From Pocillopora damicornis (lineage: Eukaryota), in NCBI RefSeq assembly GCF_003704095.1, contig NW_020844672.1:310001-374000 (forward strand): a DNA stretch of 64,000 bases, read 5' to 3'. The notes below the pieces were generated by a model, which was given only the letters and a program-made list of their open reading frames with translations, was not told the origin of the DNA and ran no database searches. Position numbers and translations under genes: made by a program. The number at the start of each line of letters is the position of its first letter. Position 1 is the first letter of the stretch. Of this stretch, positions 27,148-40,700 are shown one piece after another.

Positions 27148-28745
27148 CTAACGGAGTACCTTGCGAGGCCTGGTAGAGACACTGACAGCGGCAGTTTCGC
27201 CTTCGTGACCCTCTTGGAACACATCCACCACACACACATTGCTACTTGGGCTGAAGTTTCGGTCACGGATCAAGAACTCTACACACGGAGCATGACGATA
27301 AGCCTCCCAGGAATCATGGAATTCTATGTACTGTTGCACAAAACAAATTCAACTGTTAACCCTTTAACCCCTAAGAGTGACTTGCATCTAATTTCTCCCT
27401 ACAATATCAACTCAGAATGATACCTTAAGGTCATGAGAATATAGCAAATGATCACCAACTAAATAAAGTTCTTGATTGTAAAACAAATTCTCCCTGCCAG
27501 CACATCAGGAAATGTATAGAGAACAGTATGGAGAATATGCATACTGATGTTAGGATGTAAAGGGTTAAAGGAGAAAACATATGGACTTGAATCCAATTTG
27601 GAGTGGCTGAGATCCACGCCAGGTGTAGATCGAACACGATAATTTAATTTAATCTTATCAACTGAGTTTGAGCCTGATCTTTCGAGCGTTAGCCCTTCGC
27701 CAATCACTCTGATGACGGGCTTACGTTCGAAACGTCAGCCTTTAAACTCTCTACGGTAGCCAATTTACGTGAACAACTCAGTTGATAACACGAAATTACC
27801 CTGTTATACTCTCCCAACGACGCAGCACCACAGTTTTTTTTTAAAGAAACTTACCCCTTTATTCATAGGGCAGATCTATCCACTTGTGATGCGCTAGCAA
27901 CCTGCCTGTGGCCTTAACACAGGTGTAATTTTACTCCTGGCGTAAATGCAATTCTCTACAAGCTTTTTTCAAATTTGTTCAAACTTGTTGACTTCAAAGA
28001 ACGACGAAAGAATGAGCAACTGCAAGAGCCTAAAACGTGAAACCACTTATCTTCTCAGGATAGCTGATCTAAAATGTTCCCGATTGTCCAATATATATCT
28101 AAGTTCTTACCTTCTTGCAGCTTGATCGAGCCACCCAGTTGTTGTTGAGGTCTCTCAGCTGTACTCTGACATCACTAGCGTCTCCGTGCACTAGAACAGG
28201 TTTGAACGGAGAAAATGGAAATCGGCCAAGCTCTGCCTCAGAGTTGCATACATCCTAAAAAAATCAATATAACAATTTACTTGACTACTTTGTATCTTAC
28301 CCCATTGAAGAAAAATCAGGTTTCGCATTGCAAATGTGGCTACTACTAAGAAGAAAATGAGGCTCAACTTGAGTATTATTGTTTGTCTCTCGATATGGTC
28401 ACTTCTGTGGAGGAGGCGTAATCTCTACTACCAAGAACCCGTCTTTACGCAACCTGCTCTCGCGACTGATTGAGCATTTTCCTCATTTCAAAATTTCTCT
28501 CCCAATTGCAATTTTAGATAGCCTCATTTTCTGAACCACAAATTACAGTGCCTCCCTTTAAAAACGGGAAAAAAAACTTCTCAAACCTTAAACGCTGCTT
28601 CCGTGTCATCTAGCAATACCACATTCAAAGCCCAGTCATCATTCACCCTTGGGGGAGGGGCGAACACTGCCGCCAACATGCGCTTGGTAGCCTTGCCTCG
28701 CGTGTGAGGGCGAGATCTGCCCACCAGGCTAAATGCTGAGAAATG
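27148..28745 (-). CDS. UPA domain of ZO-1 following ZU5 (last three exons)
   Basis: HFSAFSLVG...[10 protein letters not shown]...[24 protein letters not shown]...VRVQLRD...YIEFHDSW...CVEFLI...CVVDVFQ aligns by eye with the UNC5-type UPA domain. Confidence 0.8.
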
Positions 28746-31700
28746 ATCCACAAGGACTGAAACCGAGTTGGAATCTACTTGGCACTGGTCTCCTCGGGAA
28801 TCCCGACCTTGAAGAGAAACGTTCTTCCATTCAGATGGCTGACCTGCGGGACAGCGGTAACAAAACACTATATGAATTTTCATCCAATGAACTCTACGGA
28901 TCACTAGTGTCCTCCTACAGAAAATGTCTCTTTTTTGATGTCTTACAAAGGCCACAAAAGGCACTGTGAGTCAAATTCCAACAACGCGTAGCCACAAGGA
29001 GTATTGATCGATTCTCTCGGTTGAACTGGATACTACACTTTTGTAAACTATTGCAAACAATCAAGCCCTAATTAGGTAACTTTAACAGCCTCAAATCAAC
29101 AGCGAAACGCGCTCTAGGACGATTACCTTCACATCCACACACTCACACAAATACACGTACCTGTGGGCGTGTCACTGGACTTGAGGGCAAATGACCATCC
29201 ATCAGGGGTCATGGAGGCACAGTGCGGCAGACGGAGCTCCACAGGTTTGAGGAACTGAGTGCCATGAGGGCCACACATCACTAATGGACTCAGAAGAGTT
29301 TCTCCTAACACCATACAAACACAACACGTCACATATTCACCTACCATGTGTCGTTACACAATAATACAGCCAACCACCAGACAAAAACTACTTAAGATAG
29401 TTACGATTGTCGTGTGTGCAATAAACGCTGAATTTCAGTAGGTCAGTAGCGATGTTGAGGTTTTTCTAACCGGAAAAATGCTGTCATTTTCTGGTCAAGT
29501 ATTTCAGGTTGTAAGTAATTCTGTACGGAGCAAAAGAATCACTATGAAACGTAGCCTTTAAAAACTTTGATGTCCTTACCTCGATCAGAATCTAATGGAG
29601 GCATAAAGTTGTTGTCTTTACAGACTTTGAAGTAGATTTCCTGTTCCACACCCGGTGGGATAGCACCTTCAGGTATGACAATGCTAACCCCGGACTCCGG
29701 GGAAGATAGGACACCCCCCTGAGAAGTGAACTTGCCCCTAGCAGTAGCAACGACTTGTGTGTCTTCATCCAGGGATTCAAAATCACTGAAAGAAACAATA
29801 CGAAGAAAAAATTTCTTTTGATGGATTAATTGGACTGATTTCAATTTCTTCTGAGCATCTCTCAGTAAGGTCGCGACCACGACATTCAGGATCCTCGGGA
29901 CAAAACGAATAGACTTTGCTCCAGCAACAAAGCTAAACGAGTCCGTGCGCCAAATTGGCCGCCAAGCGACAAAAACGTCCCTTTGAAGATCGAGTGACTG
30001 GATGAAAGTAATCTTTAGTTTTCCCATTACGCGAAAGTCACACGCGAAAAAATAATTTAAGAAAAGCTTGTTCAACATATGTACTAAAAGACCAAATATA
30101 TCTTCACTTTTATAGAAAACCGTGTCTTGTTTGTTGTAAGAATAACGGCCAGGCTACCACTAAGATGACGCATGGATAAATCAAAGCTCTGAACGAAAAT
30201 AAAGAAAAACTATTTGTAAATCTGATACATAAAGCTACTTATAGATGCGACCGATGCAAGGAGTTATATTAACACAAAGTTAATATTTTTTGACAGTCTG
30301 ATAAGCAACAAACGTGACAATTGACGTAACATGAGGGAAACTTTATTAAAATTTGCGTTGCCTTGATCTAACTCTACGCTCTACGAAGCGACTTGATTTT
30401 TCACGACTCATCTCCAAATCAACACTTTGTTGAAGCTTGGAAAGTGGCCTTGTCAAAGGCGCAATCGTGAACCTATTTTCCCTAATTCTGTTCTCGAAAA
30501 ACACTTCCCTTAGCTTAAGATTTCTAGCCTCGGACATTTACTCCTCACCTTGTCACAACGTTCTGTCCTTCGTGATCCATGTTGTCAAGGTCTGACGTGA
30601 CCTTGTGCCTGTACTCTGTTCTGTACGTCGTCGGTCTCGGGTCTGGCTCGCGCTCTGGTCGGGAAAAACGAGGAGATCCCGAGAGGCGAAAATTGTACGT
30701 CACAGGGTCTCCTATGCGAGGCCCATCCGAGGGTCTGCTTGTGGGTGGGTCACGAGAAAAAGGCCGATCACCCGAAGAAGGCCTGTCATTGTTCCCGGCA
30801 TTGAAAGGTTTAGGAGCGTAAGCTGAATACGCCGATCGGGGGCGTTCGGGTCTCCCCGCGTCAAACTTGGGCGCCGTTCGGGTCGGAATCGTCACTTCGG
30901 CTCTGTAACGAGGTTCTCGAGATAGACTTCCCGTTCTGTTCTCAGAATTCATAGGGAACTCAGTCTGCGGTGCACTTTCCACTCGATAATTCGAGACGTT
31001 CGCGCGGATTTCAGACTCCGCAGGTTTATCGCGATCAAAACGCGTAACGGTGGGGTAAGAACGCGTTGGATAATAGCTAGAATGTGCTGTCTCCTTCTTA
31101 TCTGGATTTGAATAATCCACCACAAGGTTACGAGGTTTTCTGTCGTACGACTCCGAGAATGGACGAGGTTTGCGTTCCTCGACAGAGCGCCGTCGCTGAG
31201 GTATTAAGGCTGACTCTAAATCTTCCAAACGCTTTTCAAGATCTGCCTCCACTTCTTTCTTTTTCTCCTGTACTTCGATCGGTGGTTCTCGGATGCGATC
31301 GATTTGCTCTCGACGCTGACTCGACTCGTTATCAATTGCCCAGAGCTTAGACACCGGGACTCCTACGCGTGCGTCGTACTCTTTGAGAAGGTCGGAATCA
31401 CCTTCGACTTTACGAAGACTTTCACGCTTCATTCGCAATTCTTCGGCGTCCGCTTCGGACCGATCGAAGCCATCGGGCATTCGGGTCTTCTTGAGTGACT
31501 GTCTTAGCTCAACTGGGTTCTCACGAGAAGGAAGTAACCTTGAAAGAATAATAACACAACAGTTACTCATTTTTACTTGTCACTGTTCAACATTGTGCGA
31601 CAAACAGACAAGTCAGTTCAATCAGTGAAGCAACGTGAAAATTTTGATGACCGTTTAAAAATTATTTCAGAGCTCTTCGAGCTCAGGAATGTGAAGAGCC

Positions 31701-34700
31701 TCTTTGAAATATCCACTGCTACTTACTTCACGACGTTTCCAGAAGGCCTCTTATAACCTGGTCTTTGTCTCTCCAAAGTGTCTTCGTTAAAACCATGCGT
31801 GCCATTACGGAAGTCATCCTCCACATAGCGTTGCCTTGGATGGAAATCTTCTTGATAATCAGGATCCTCATACCGAAGGTGCGGATCAGAGTATGCAGGA
31901 CGGACCCGAGGTGGCTCGGAATTGACCTACGACAGACAAAGAAACTTGATGTAAGGAAATTGATTTTTACGGTGTGAATATAAACACGTTAATTAAACAT
32001 TAGTTGCTTTTACGACGGTGGATGATTGGACAACAGTTTATTTCGAGTGAGCGAAATACACTTTTTTTTTTCCTTTTTTTTACCTCCATGGAGGGTTCAG
32101 CATGCATGATGTCTTCATCGACAGGCTGGGTCGAGACGGACGAGCGGACAGTTGGTGAGTCTAACGTGGAATCATAATCGTAGGACTGTGAGAAGCGGCT
32201 GGGCATGCGGAATTCGATCTCTTCCTGTTCATCGAACTGAAAGAAACGAAAAACAAACAAACAAAACAAATAAATTATACTTAAATGCGTGACCACAACA
32301 ACAAACGAAAAAATAAAGTAGCTCAGTTGAATTTGCTATTTCTCTTGGGCAGACGGTTAAAAACTGACAAACTTTTGGTTAAAATAGGGCAATTTAGTAT
32401 CATCAACTAAGTTGATAACGTAAATTGGCCACCGTAAAGAGTTAAAAAACTGACGTTTCGACCGTTAGCCTTTCGCCAATCGCTCTGAAGACTTATGTTA
32501 TCAACTCAATTGATAATCCTTAATTATCCTGTGATACTCTCCCACCGACGCAGCACCAGTTTCTTTAAAAAATTACTCCCTTTGTTCATTTTGGTTAAAA
32601 CAATTAACGATGGAAACTTAATTTGATAAGCAGGGCTTCAAGCCCCATTTTTCGAAACGTCGCCTTTTGACGACTTTAAATTGTAAAATGGTCTTCATTT
32701 AAATATTTCGGTCGCTCCCCCTCCTCCACCCTAAATAAGGAGAAAAAGAAAAAGAAAAAGAAAAACAACACTCATATCAATGAGCACTACATGAAGTAGT
32801 TAGTCAGCTAAACGATGCGATCACAACACTTCCGATTTTTTCTTTGTCTGTTGGTCGCCAATTGGTGACTTTTGTCGAAATTTTAGGCGCCAGATATATT
32901 TTCACTCGCCATGGCGACCAAAATGGTCACAGCTTAGAGAGCTGATAATAGATGGCAATGCGGTGAGAATCGAACGACGAATTACCTTGTCTTCTGACAT
33001 CCAAACTGGATCTTCTTGCTGTTTTGTGATTTCCTCTTTGACTCGTGAATACCAGTTGTCCATGGAACCCGCTGGAATAACAGCTGAAGACACAATAACA
33101 TGTCCTGTAAGGCCCTACTACGTACGTTTATCCCACCTTGTTAGACATGTGCAACTAGATAGCGCGACACCAACAGAACAAAACACTTAGTGGGAATAAA
33201 GTTCCAATTTTCCCCTCCATTTCCTCTTTAAAATTTAGTTGTAATTACAAGTCTACGAAAAGAAAATGACCGTTGCCATATTCCTTTTGTCATCGAACAA
33301 TGACTCGACACTCTACACGCATAGCAAACAAACAACAACAGATGAAACAGAAAAGGACATCTTCAAACCTGTAAACATGTTGCTATAAAACTGCTCCAGT
33401 TTCAGTGAGTTATCGTGTAGTTTCTTAATCATTTTTGCAGACTGATCTCCCACGCCATGTTGGCTTCTCATTTCCCTGAAAAGGAAAACCCGTGTAACAC
33501 AGGAAGTTAGTATACGACAAGAACCTAACAATCTGTTAAGGAATTCCAGTTAGGTACCAATCGCTCCCGAGAAGAGAGGTTTTTTTTAAATACCAAAACC
33601 TTTCTTTTATGATAAAACTTTAAACACCGTCATTGCATCAATTTAGTAAACTAAAAACTCGGTTTGAATAATTACCGAACTGAAAAATCACACTAGAGCC
33701 GAGGAAGGAAAGAACAAATTCTCTGCAAGACTTACTTGACCATTTGTTTGTTGGGTGGTCTCAGAAAGATCACAATGGGATACAACTGAGCGAAGTTTAG
33801 CCTTTCCACTTCTTCGGGAGTAATGTCCAAAAGACAATGCTTGCCCTGTGAAAATAAATTAAAATCAATGCAGTTTGATTAAGAAATAATTCATACTTCA
33901 TCTGAAACAAACAACTAATGTGCCAACAACACACCTCACCAATTTTCACTGCACTTCTCCCCACAAAATGTTGAGAGAATTTGGCTCTCCTCTTAAAGCT
34001 AACTCTGAAATGATCAAATCACGTCTTCTTTCCACAGTATTCCTACAAAATTCTTCATTGTTTGGTGACGTTTGGTTCGAAACTAATTAGTGACTTACGC
34101 TGTCAATTACAGCCTTGATAGTAACGTAACTCAATGAACGTCGGGATGAACGCATGGGGCTTCTGCCTGCTGGCTGTAGACCACGGAAGGCAGCTGAAAT
34201 TACAGAGAGAAAAAAAATCCTCATTAACCTGTTTGTAGCCTCCTAAGAACAATACATTTCTATGTAAATATTGCCAAATATTGAGCGCTAAACAAATGTA
34301 GATAGCACCATAGCTTCACAATAAACTTTGCAAAGGAAAGATAAATCCATGTTGAACAAAGTCGACTTGACTTGCATTAGGGAAGTAACAATACCGACAT
34401 TTTCAACTCAGCGTTTAAAGTATTCCGCAATCTCATTGGTATTGCTTCACTTTCCTCTGTGATTGGTCGCGAGAACCCGCTCCACATTCTCAACCAATCA
34501 GTTGCAGAACTAAAACTGTGAGTGGAACACCTCCCGCTTTTCCCCGTTTAGACCGTGTTTTTATGTTTTTTCTTTGAGTTATCATTAGGATAATTTTCCT
34601 TCTATTGGAGCCAATGCGCTTCAATGGCTCCACTGTTCTTACTTGGAATGGCAAATACATCTGGCATGTCTTGAAGAAGCTTGTCTCTTGTAATGTCGGC

Positions 34701-37700
34701 AATCGGCCCAAGTAACACCACTGGCCTGACAAAACCAGCTATAAAGAAAATAATTTAAGTTAAAAAGCTTGCCAAAGCAAAGGGAAGACACATTTTTAAC
34801 ACAAGTAAAACTAAAAGTATCAATTAAGTAAATATAGCAGCGTTTTGCAGAAGGGAATGCACTTGATATTTCACGAAGTTTAACTTACGTTTTCTGAGAG
34901 CAACACGTTCATATGCTGGCAGTTTGTTTTCCAGTGCAGTGGTCGCTGAAAAATAACAACTCAGTGTTACTGATTTTCCCTCATATGAATAGCACATCTT
35001 GCGCAAAAAAAGAAGGCAAATAAGCTCATAGGACCCTGCTCATGTATTACTTACTGAATGATTCCTCATCCAGATGATCAGAAGACACAAACTTGTATTT
35101 CTTTAGTGTGCCACCTCTAGAGTTGCTCCTCTTCAAGCTGCCATAATTATCACCCTTCCTCGGAGTCATTTGTTCGACTTTTTGTTGAACTTGAGCCAGC
35201 TGCTCAGCTCTGTAAGAAACAACAAGGCAATGTCAACTCATAAAATGCTAGTTTTAAACAGGGCGTAACAAAATGGGATTTGCTTCAATTTCTCTCTAAA
35301 AGGAAAATCATATGGCTATACAAAGGAAAACGTCCCAAGGAAAACCACTGAAAGCAAATTTTCGCAATTTATACCCTTGCATCAGTATGCATATTCTCCA
35401 TACTGTTCTCTATACATTTCCTGATGTGTTGACAGTTAGAACTTGTTGAACTATCAAGAACTCCTTCACTTGGTCATCATTTCCCATATTCTCATGTCCC
35501 TAATGTGTGTTTCAGGGACGATATTGTGAGGAGAAACTAGATACTGGTCAATCTCAGGAGTCCAGGGGTTAAAGGTTATTTTTGAAGATTTTGTTATTGT
35601 AGCCAGTCAATGTCATTCATTCTCCTGAATTTCTTAAAACTCATTTTCAGAGTGCCTTGCAGTGAATTAATACACAAAGGTGAATTTCTGTACTGACGAA
35701 TGCTGTTTGAGTAAAGCAAGAAGTAATTTGTCTTTTCGCTAAAGTGACACTATGAAATGAAATGATCATGTCTTGATTAAAACCCTCATGACAAGATGAA
35801 CATCATCTTTCTGTTATCTAAACTTTTCTCATGGTAACATTTAATTACCTGGATTTATTGGGAAGAATTCCAATCTCAGTTTCCAGACCAGTCTTTGTTA
35901 CAACCTGTGCACGCCATGCTCCAATCACCCCATCATGCATGGTATCCCATATGTGGAACACATCCTCCCTTTGGAAAGAGAACTCCTGTTCCTTCATCTG
36001 CTCATAGTCAAAGTGAACTCTGTCAAAAGATAATGAGAAAAAGAAAATGAGTTAACTTGTAAACTTGGCAGAACTTTCTATTACTGCAACTTTAAATCTC
36101 CTTTTTCTTAATAATACCCCAGTAAATAACAACGATAATTTTTTTTTTTATAGAAGGTAAAACACACAGCAGTATAAAAACTGATAAAACAGAGGCTCTC
36201 TTGTTATTTTTTAAATGGGAAAAAAGGAAAAAACACAAATGTTAAGTGCAATATCTTACACAAAATACTAAATAAACACGCATGTATGCCTTAGTTTTAT
36301 TCCTAGTTAGTTGTACTACAAGGTTTTCTATTCAAAACCAACACATCATAGCACGTTTATAAAATTAAGACAAACTAAGCTCTACAAGAAAATTTAGCAA
36401 CGGTTTCTTTTTCAACTGTTCACCTATTGAGCAACATTCAAGGACAAAGTCTCACATATACAATGCACAATATCTGCTGTCACAAGTTTGTAAGGTAACG
36501 ATGAATCCACTTCACCCAACAAACTTACTTGATGTAAAATGAATCTCCAGATTCTTTGCTGATCTTGTCAAAAGCTTAAAACACAGAGTCAACAGTCAAT
36601 TTCATAGGGTACAACAAGAAATGGACTCTCTTTAAATTAGTAATTAAATTGAAAAAGATTCTCTGAAGATACCAGAGGAACTTCTCTTACTTTGTCTTCT
36701 ATACTTGCACAGAAGGTTCACTTCATCTCCAAGAGACAACAAAATCAAAACAGCCTCTTCTCTTGTGATGTCCTTGAAATCTATGTCATTGGCCTGAAAT
36801 AAAAGATGGCATTCCTTGGTGTTTAGAAAATTTCTCACCCCTCTTCCAGTTAAAACTGTTGGTTCTAAAAGGTATAACTTATCAAATTGAGCTAAAAGAC
36901 CCTCAAAATCTCAAACTGATCATCAAAGTCAAGAGTGAAATATCATGTTCACTGGTTTAAAAGTGTACTCACCATTAATACTTGATCACCCTTCCTTAAT
37001 CCTTCATTGTAAGCTGGGCTTCCTTCCTTCACAGCAGCAACAAAAATACCAGTTTTATTTCCACCTGATACTTGGATACCAAGACTGCCACTCTTACGGA
37101 ATGCCACAAGTCGCGCATCCCTGTTGAAAAAAGTTGAGTTGCTTTATGTCATAGCCAAAATATTAAAATTGCACACAGCAGCACAAGGCACATTTTAATT
37201 ATCATAATCTTCTCATAACAAAATTACTCTGAATTCATTTTGGAGATTCCTGTACTAGTTCACTTTCCAAGAGTAACTGTAGACTGTCTTAAAGAATTCT
37301 GACAGCATATGTACCAGTATTTGAATTGTTAAGTAGAAGTTTCTATTCAAAACTTAGGCAATCTGCTTGTGTATTTATCATTTTTCCTTACTAGCAGGGA
37401 CTCTCAAATAACAGAAGCATACCCTCTATATCTCCTGCGGTCTACAGAGTCCTGTGCTCCATCCTTACGATCACTGCGAGGCGAACTTGAGGTAGACTCA
37501 ACATAATTGACACTTGATCTTGACGCATTCACAGATTCATTCCTTCCCCAAGAACTTAAACCATCTGGTGTGTATGACACTGGGGGAGGTGAAGACAAAA
37601 TACTAGTTACAAGCGATCAATAAACAGTTTCTATGTTTCAATACATAGTAGTGCAACAATTTTGGAAAACATTAATATAGTTAGGGTTCACAACCACTTT

Positions 37701-40700
37701 TGAATGAGACATGCATTGCTGAAAACAAGACAGCATTGGTTTCAAGTTTTTTGTTCGATATGCTTCGAGGAAAACCAGTGAAGTTTAGTGACTGCTGGCA
37801 CTTGAAGATAAAAGTGAAAGCAATCTGAAGTTAACAAATGTTTCTTAGGCTTAATGAAACTCTGATTCATGAATCACCACATATTGCACTTTTGCTGTTT
37901 CTTATGCCTTTCAGGAAGGTTATGGAATTTTAATCTAAATGCAAAAAAGCTCCCCAATGGTACTGTTTCTCATAGCAGTAAATCCTGCCTGGCCAAGATG
38001 TCTTTGCATGAAAAATAAGACATATAATCTGTATAATTATTTTTTCTATGACCTGTGGAGTTCATGAAATCAATTCAAAAATCTTAAACTTCAGATTGAG
38101 CTTTTAGAGAGGGTTTGTCTTGAAACTTCGATTAATACCTTCAGCAGGTTTTGGAAAATGTGGTTCTGATTCCTGTTGTGAACTCTCTACAGCCCTGAAG
38201 ACCTCCTCTTTGTCATAACCTATCCCCGAGACTCGTTCACCAGTATCTGGCCTCTTCCAGCTTGATCCTAGAAATCAATAGATGTACATCAAAAAGAAAC
38301 ATGAACAAAACAAGGGTGCCAAACTGTTTTGTTACAAGAGCACTAAGATAGAAAAACATTTATTTTCATTTATTTTAGCCCTCTTGTTGTTTACTTAAGT
38401 CACCAAATGGACCACAGTACACCTATTGACTCCCATGCATCTTAAAGATCAACATCATCTAAGTTACTAAACTCGCACTTTAAAAATTTGAACAGCAACA
38501 GCAAATTTATGTCAAGTAATTAGGATGTAAGCTACACAAAGTCATGGCTAATATTTTTGGCTGCTAATTATCATACCTCCATTAATCAACAAACTTAACC
38601 TTTTTATTGGAGATCTACAATACTTACCTGAAAACAGCAGGTTGTCTTTATCCAAAGGAGGTGGGGGTCGCTCTGGGAGATCATCCTCACTATAGTGCCT
38701 ATTGTTGGAGTAATAGTAAAATAACAGTCATAAGGTAGACATCCTGTATTGAAACACTTCCAAAATACTATTTGAGGGTTGGTGCCATACGAGTGTAAAC
38801 AGGAGGGCAACAACCTCTGCAATGACAAGGAAGTCATCACAGTAATCAATACACAGCCCAGCTCCAGGTACCAGCCAACAGAATACTGACATAGATAAGC
38901 TGGTTGTGAGCAAAATGCAATAAAAATTAAAACAAACACAGTCAATTTTCTGCAACAAAGTCCAGAGTATTGTCCACAACTTCATGATTAAGGTAGAAGT
39001 GTCTAAACACACCAAGCAGTTTGCAAAATATACCTTGAACATAGCCTCGCGTGTTCTCTCTTACCTTGGAGGCAATTCTGGCTCTTCATTATAGCCATTT
39101 GGCAGGTCATGATCTCTGTCTCGAGTTTTGTGTCTAAATGCTGCTGGCAAAGAGTGTGTGCTGTAACTTGGTGGTAACTGGTCATCCTTCAGTACCAACA
39201 GGTCCAGTTTGTTGGAACGACGGACCATATCAATGGCCTCCCGCAAACTCATCTCTTCAGATTTACGGTCATTTATCTGTAATGCAAAGGCAAAATTACC
39301 ACAGGCAAGGAAAAATTCTATCTCAGTCTATGCTTGTGTTTCCTGTTTTTGAAGAAGTTTTTGTGATTCTATACTGGGCCTCACCATCTCGAATAAATAT
39401 TTCTATATGTAATTATTTGGCACCTATTGCTTTCCTTTACCTACTGTTCTTTTATACAGTAATTAAGATTTCATATGGTTATTACTAGATATTAATTATT
39501 TTTGTGTTTTTTATTAGTAGGATTTTGCACAGAGGTAAAAAGCATGATTAAACATTAAATAATGTTTCATTGCGCACCTTCAGGATGATGTCTCCAGACT
39601 TAAGTTCACCTTGCCTAGCAACCATACCATTCTTGTCAATTTCTTTGATGAACATGGATCCCCCAAGTGAAAATCCATAACCTAAGAATACAAGAATTGG
39701 CCAAATTTAGTACAAAACACAAGCATCTGCACTTATCAAAATGAGCACAAATGATCATTTTATGAACTTGATGCCTCGTAACGTGATTACTTAATACTAA
39801 TCACATCAACTATTTCAATTCTCTCTGCCATTTTCTTGGATAGGATACCCTTCTTTATATGTAGAGCAAGTGTTCATATTGCTTTGGAATGATCACACAG
39901 TGAACCCTTTCTTAAAAATTGCAGGCCAAATTGCTATCCTTTAATACTCCTGTAAATTAGCCTTTCTTGCCTTGACAACATGTACAAGGACAAAAGAGTT
40001 TCACATAAGAGGGATGCCAAGAAGGCTTGTTTGCATATAAAAGAATAAAATTCATACCTGCAATTATCAAAGAGGTCTATTGGCTATATAGAAACTAACA
40101 TGGTTTACACAAAATTTCTTTTAAAAAAAATTGAAAAAAAAAAAACAATCAAAGTATCTCTGCTAGATTAGAGTTTGAGGGGATACAAAATACATTTTTT
40201 TTTTTTAGTAACACTTAACTCTTCAACTCCCATGAGTGACCAAGACAGAATTTCTCCTTACAATATCGATACAATATCACCAGATAAGTGATAAGAATAA
40301 AGAGAAATATCAATTTGGGGTAAGTTGATCCGAAACTTAATTCCCTTAACTAACATTATAAGAAATGACTGGTAAACAGTGAGGAGAATTGCAAATTTGA
40401 TCTGGGAGTTAAAGGGTTAATTTTGATGTAGTGTAAAGGGTGTGTCATTACACCTCATCTAATTCCATTGCAGATTTAAGATTATTAGTTTGACATGTTA
40501 TAAATCAACAAGGTACCTTTATTTTGCTGTTCCCTTACGAGTGTGACAGTTTGTGGAACCTTACTTCCTTCTCTGGGAGTAGTCATCACAGGAGCAAGCT
40601 TTTGTCGTTTAATGGCCTAGAAATGAGAAGGTACTGTCATTCCAAATGTAAAGCAGAACTGCATTAACAAAGCTATTGAAGATCTACAAGAGTAAAGACT

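Noticed and set aside
30579-31628. Several plus-strand ORFs
   Set aside because: Antisense shadows of the GC-rich 990-nt ZO-1 exon
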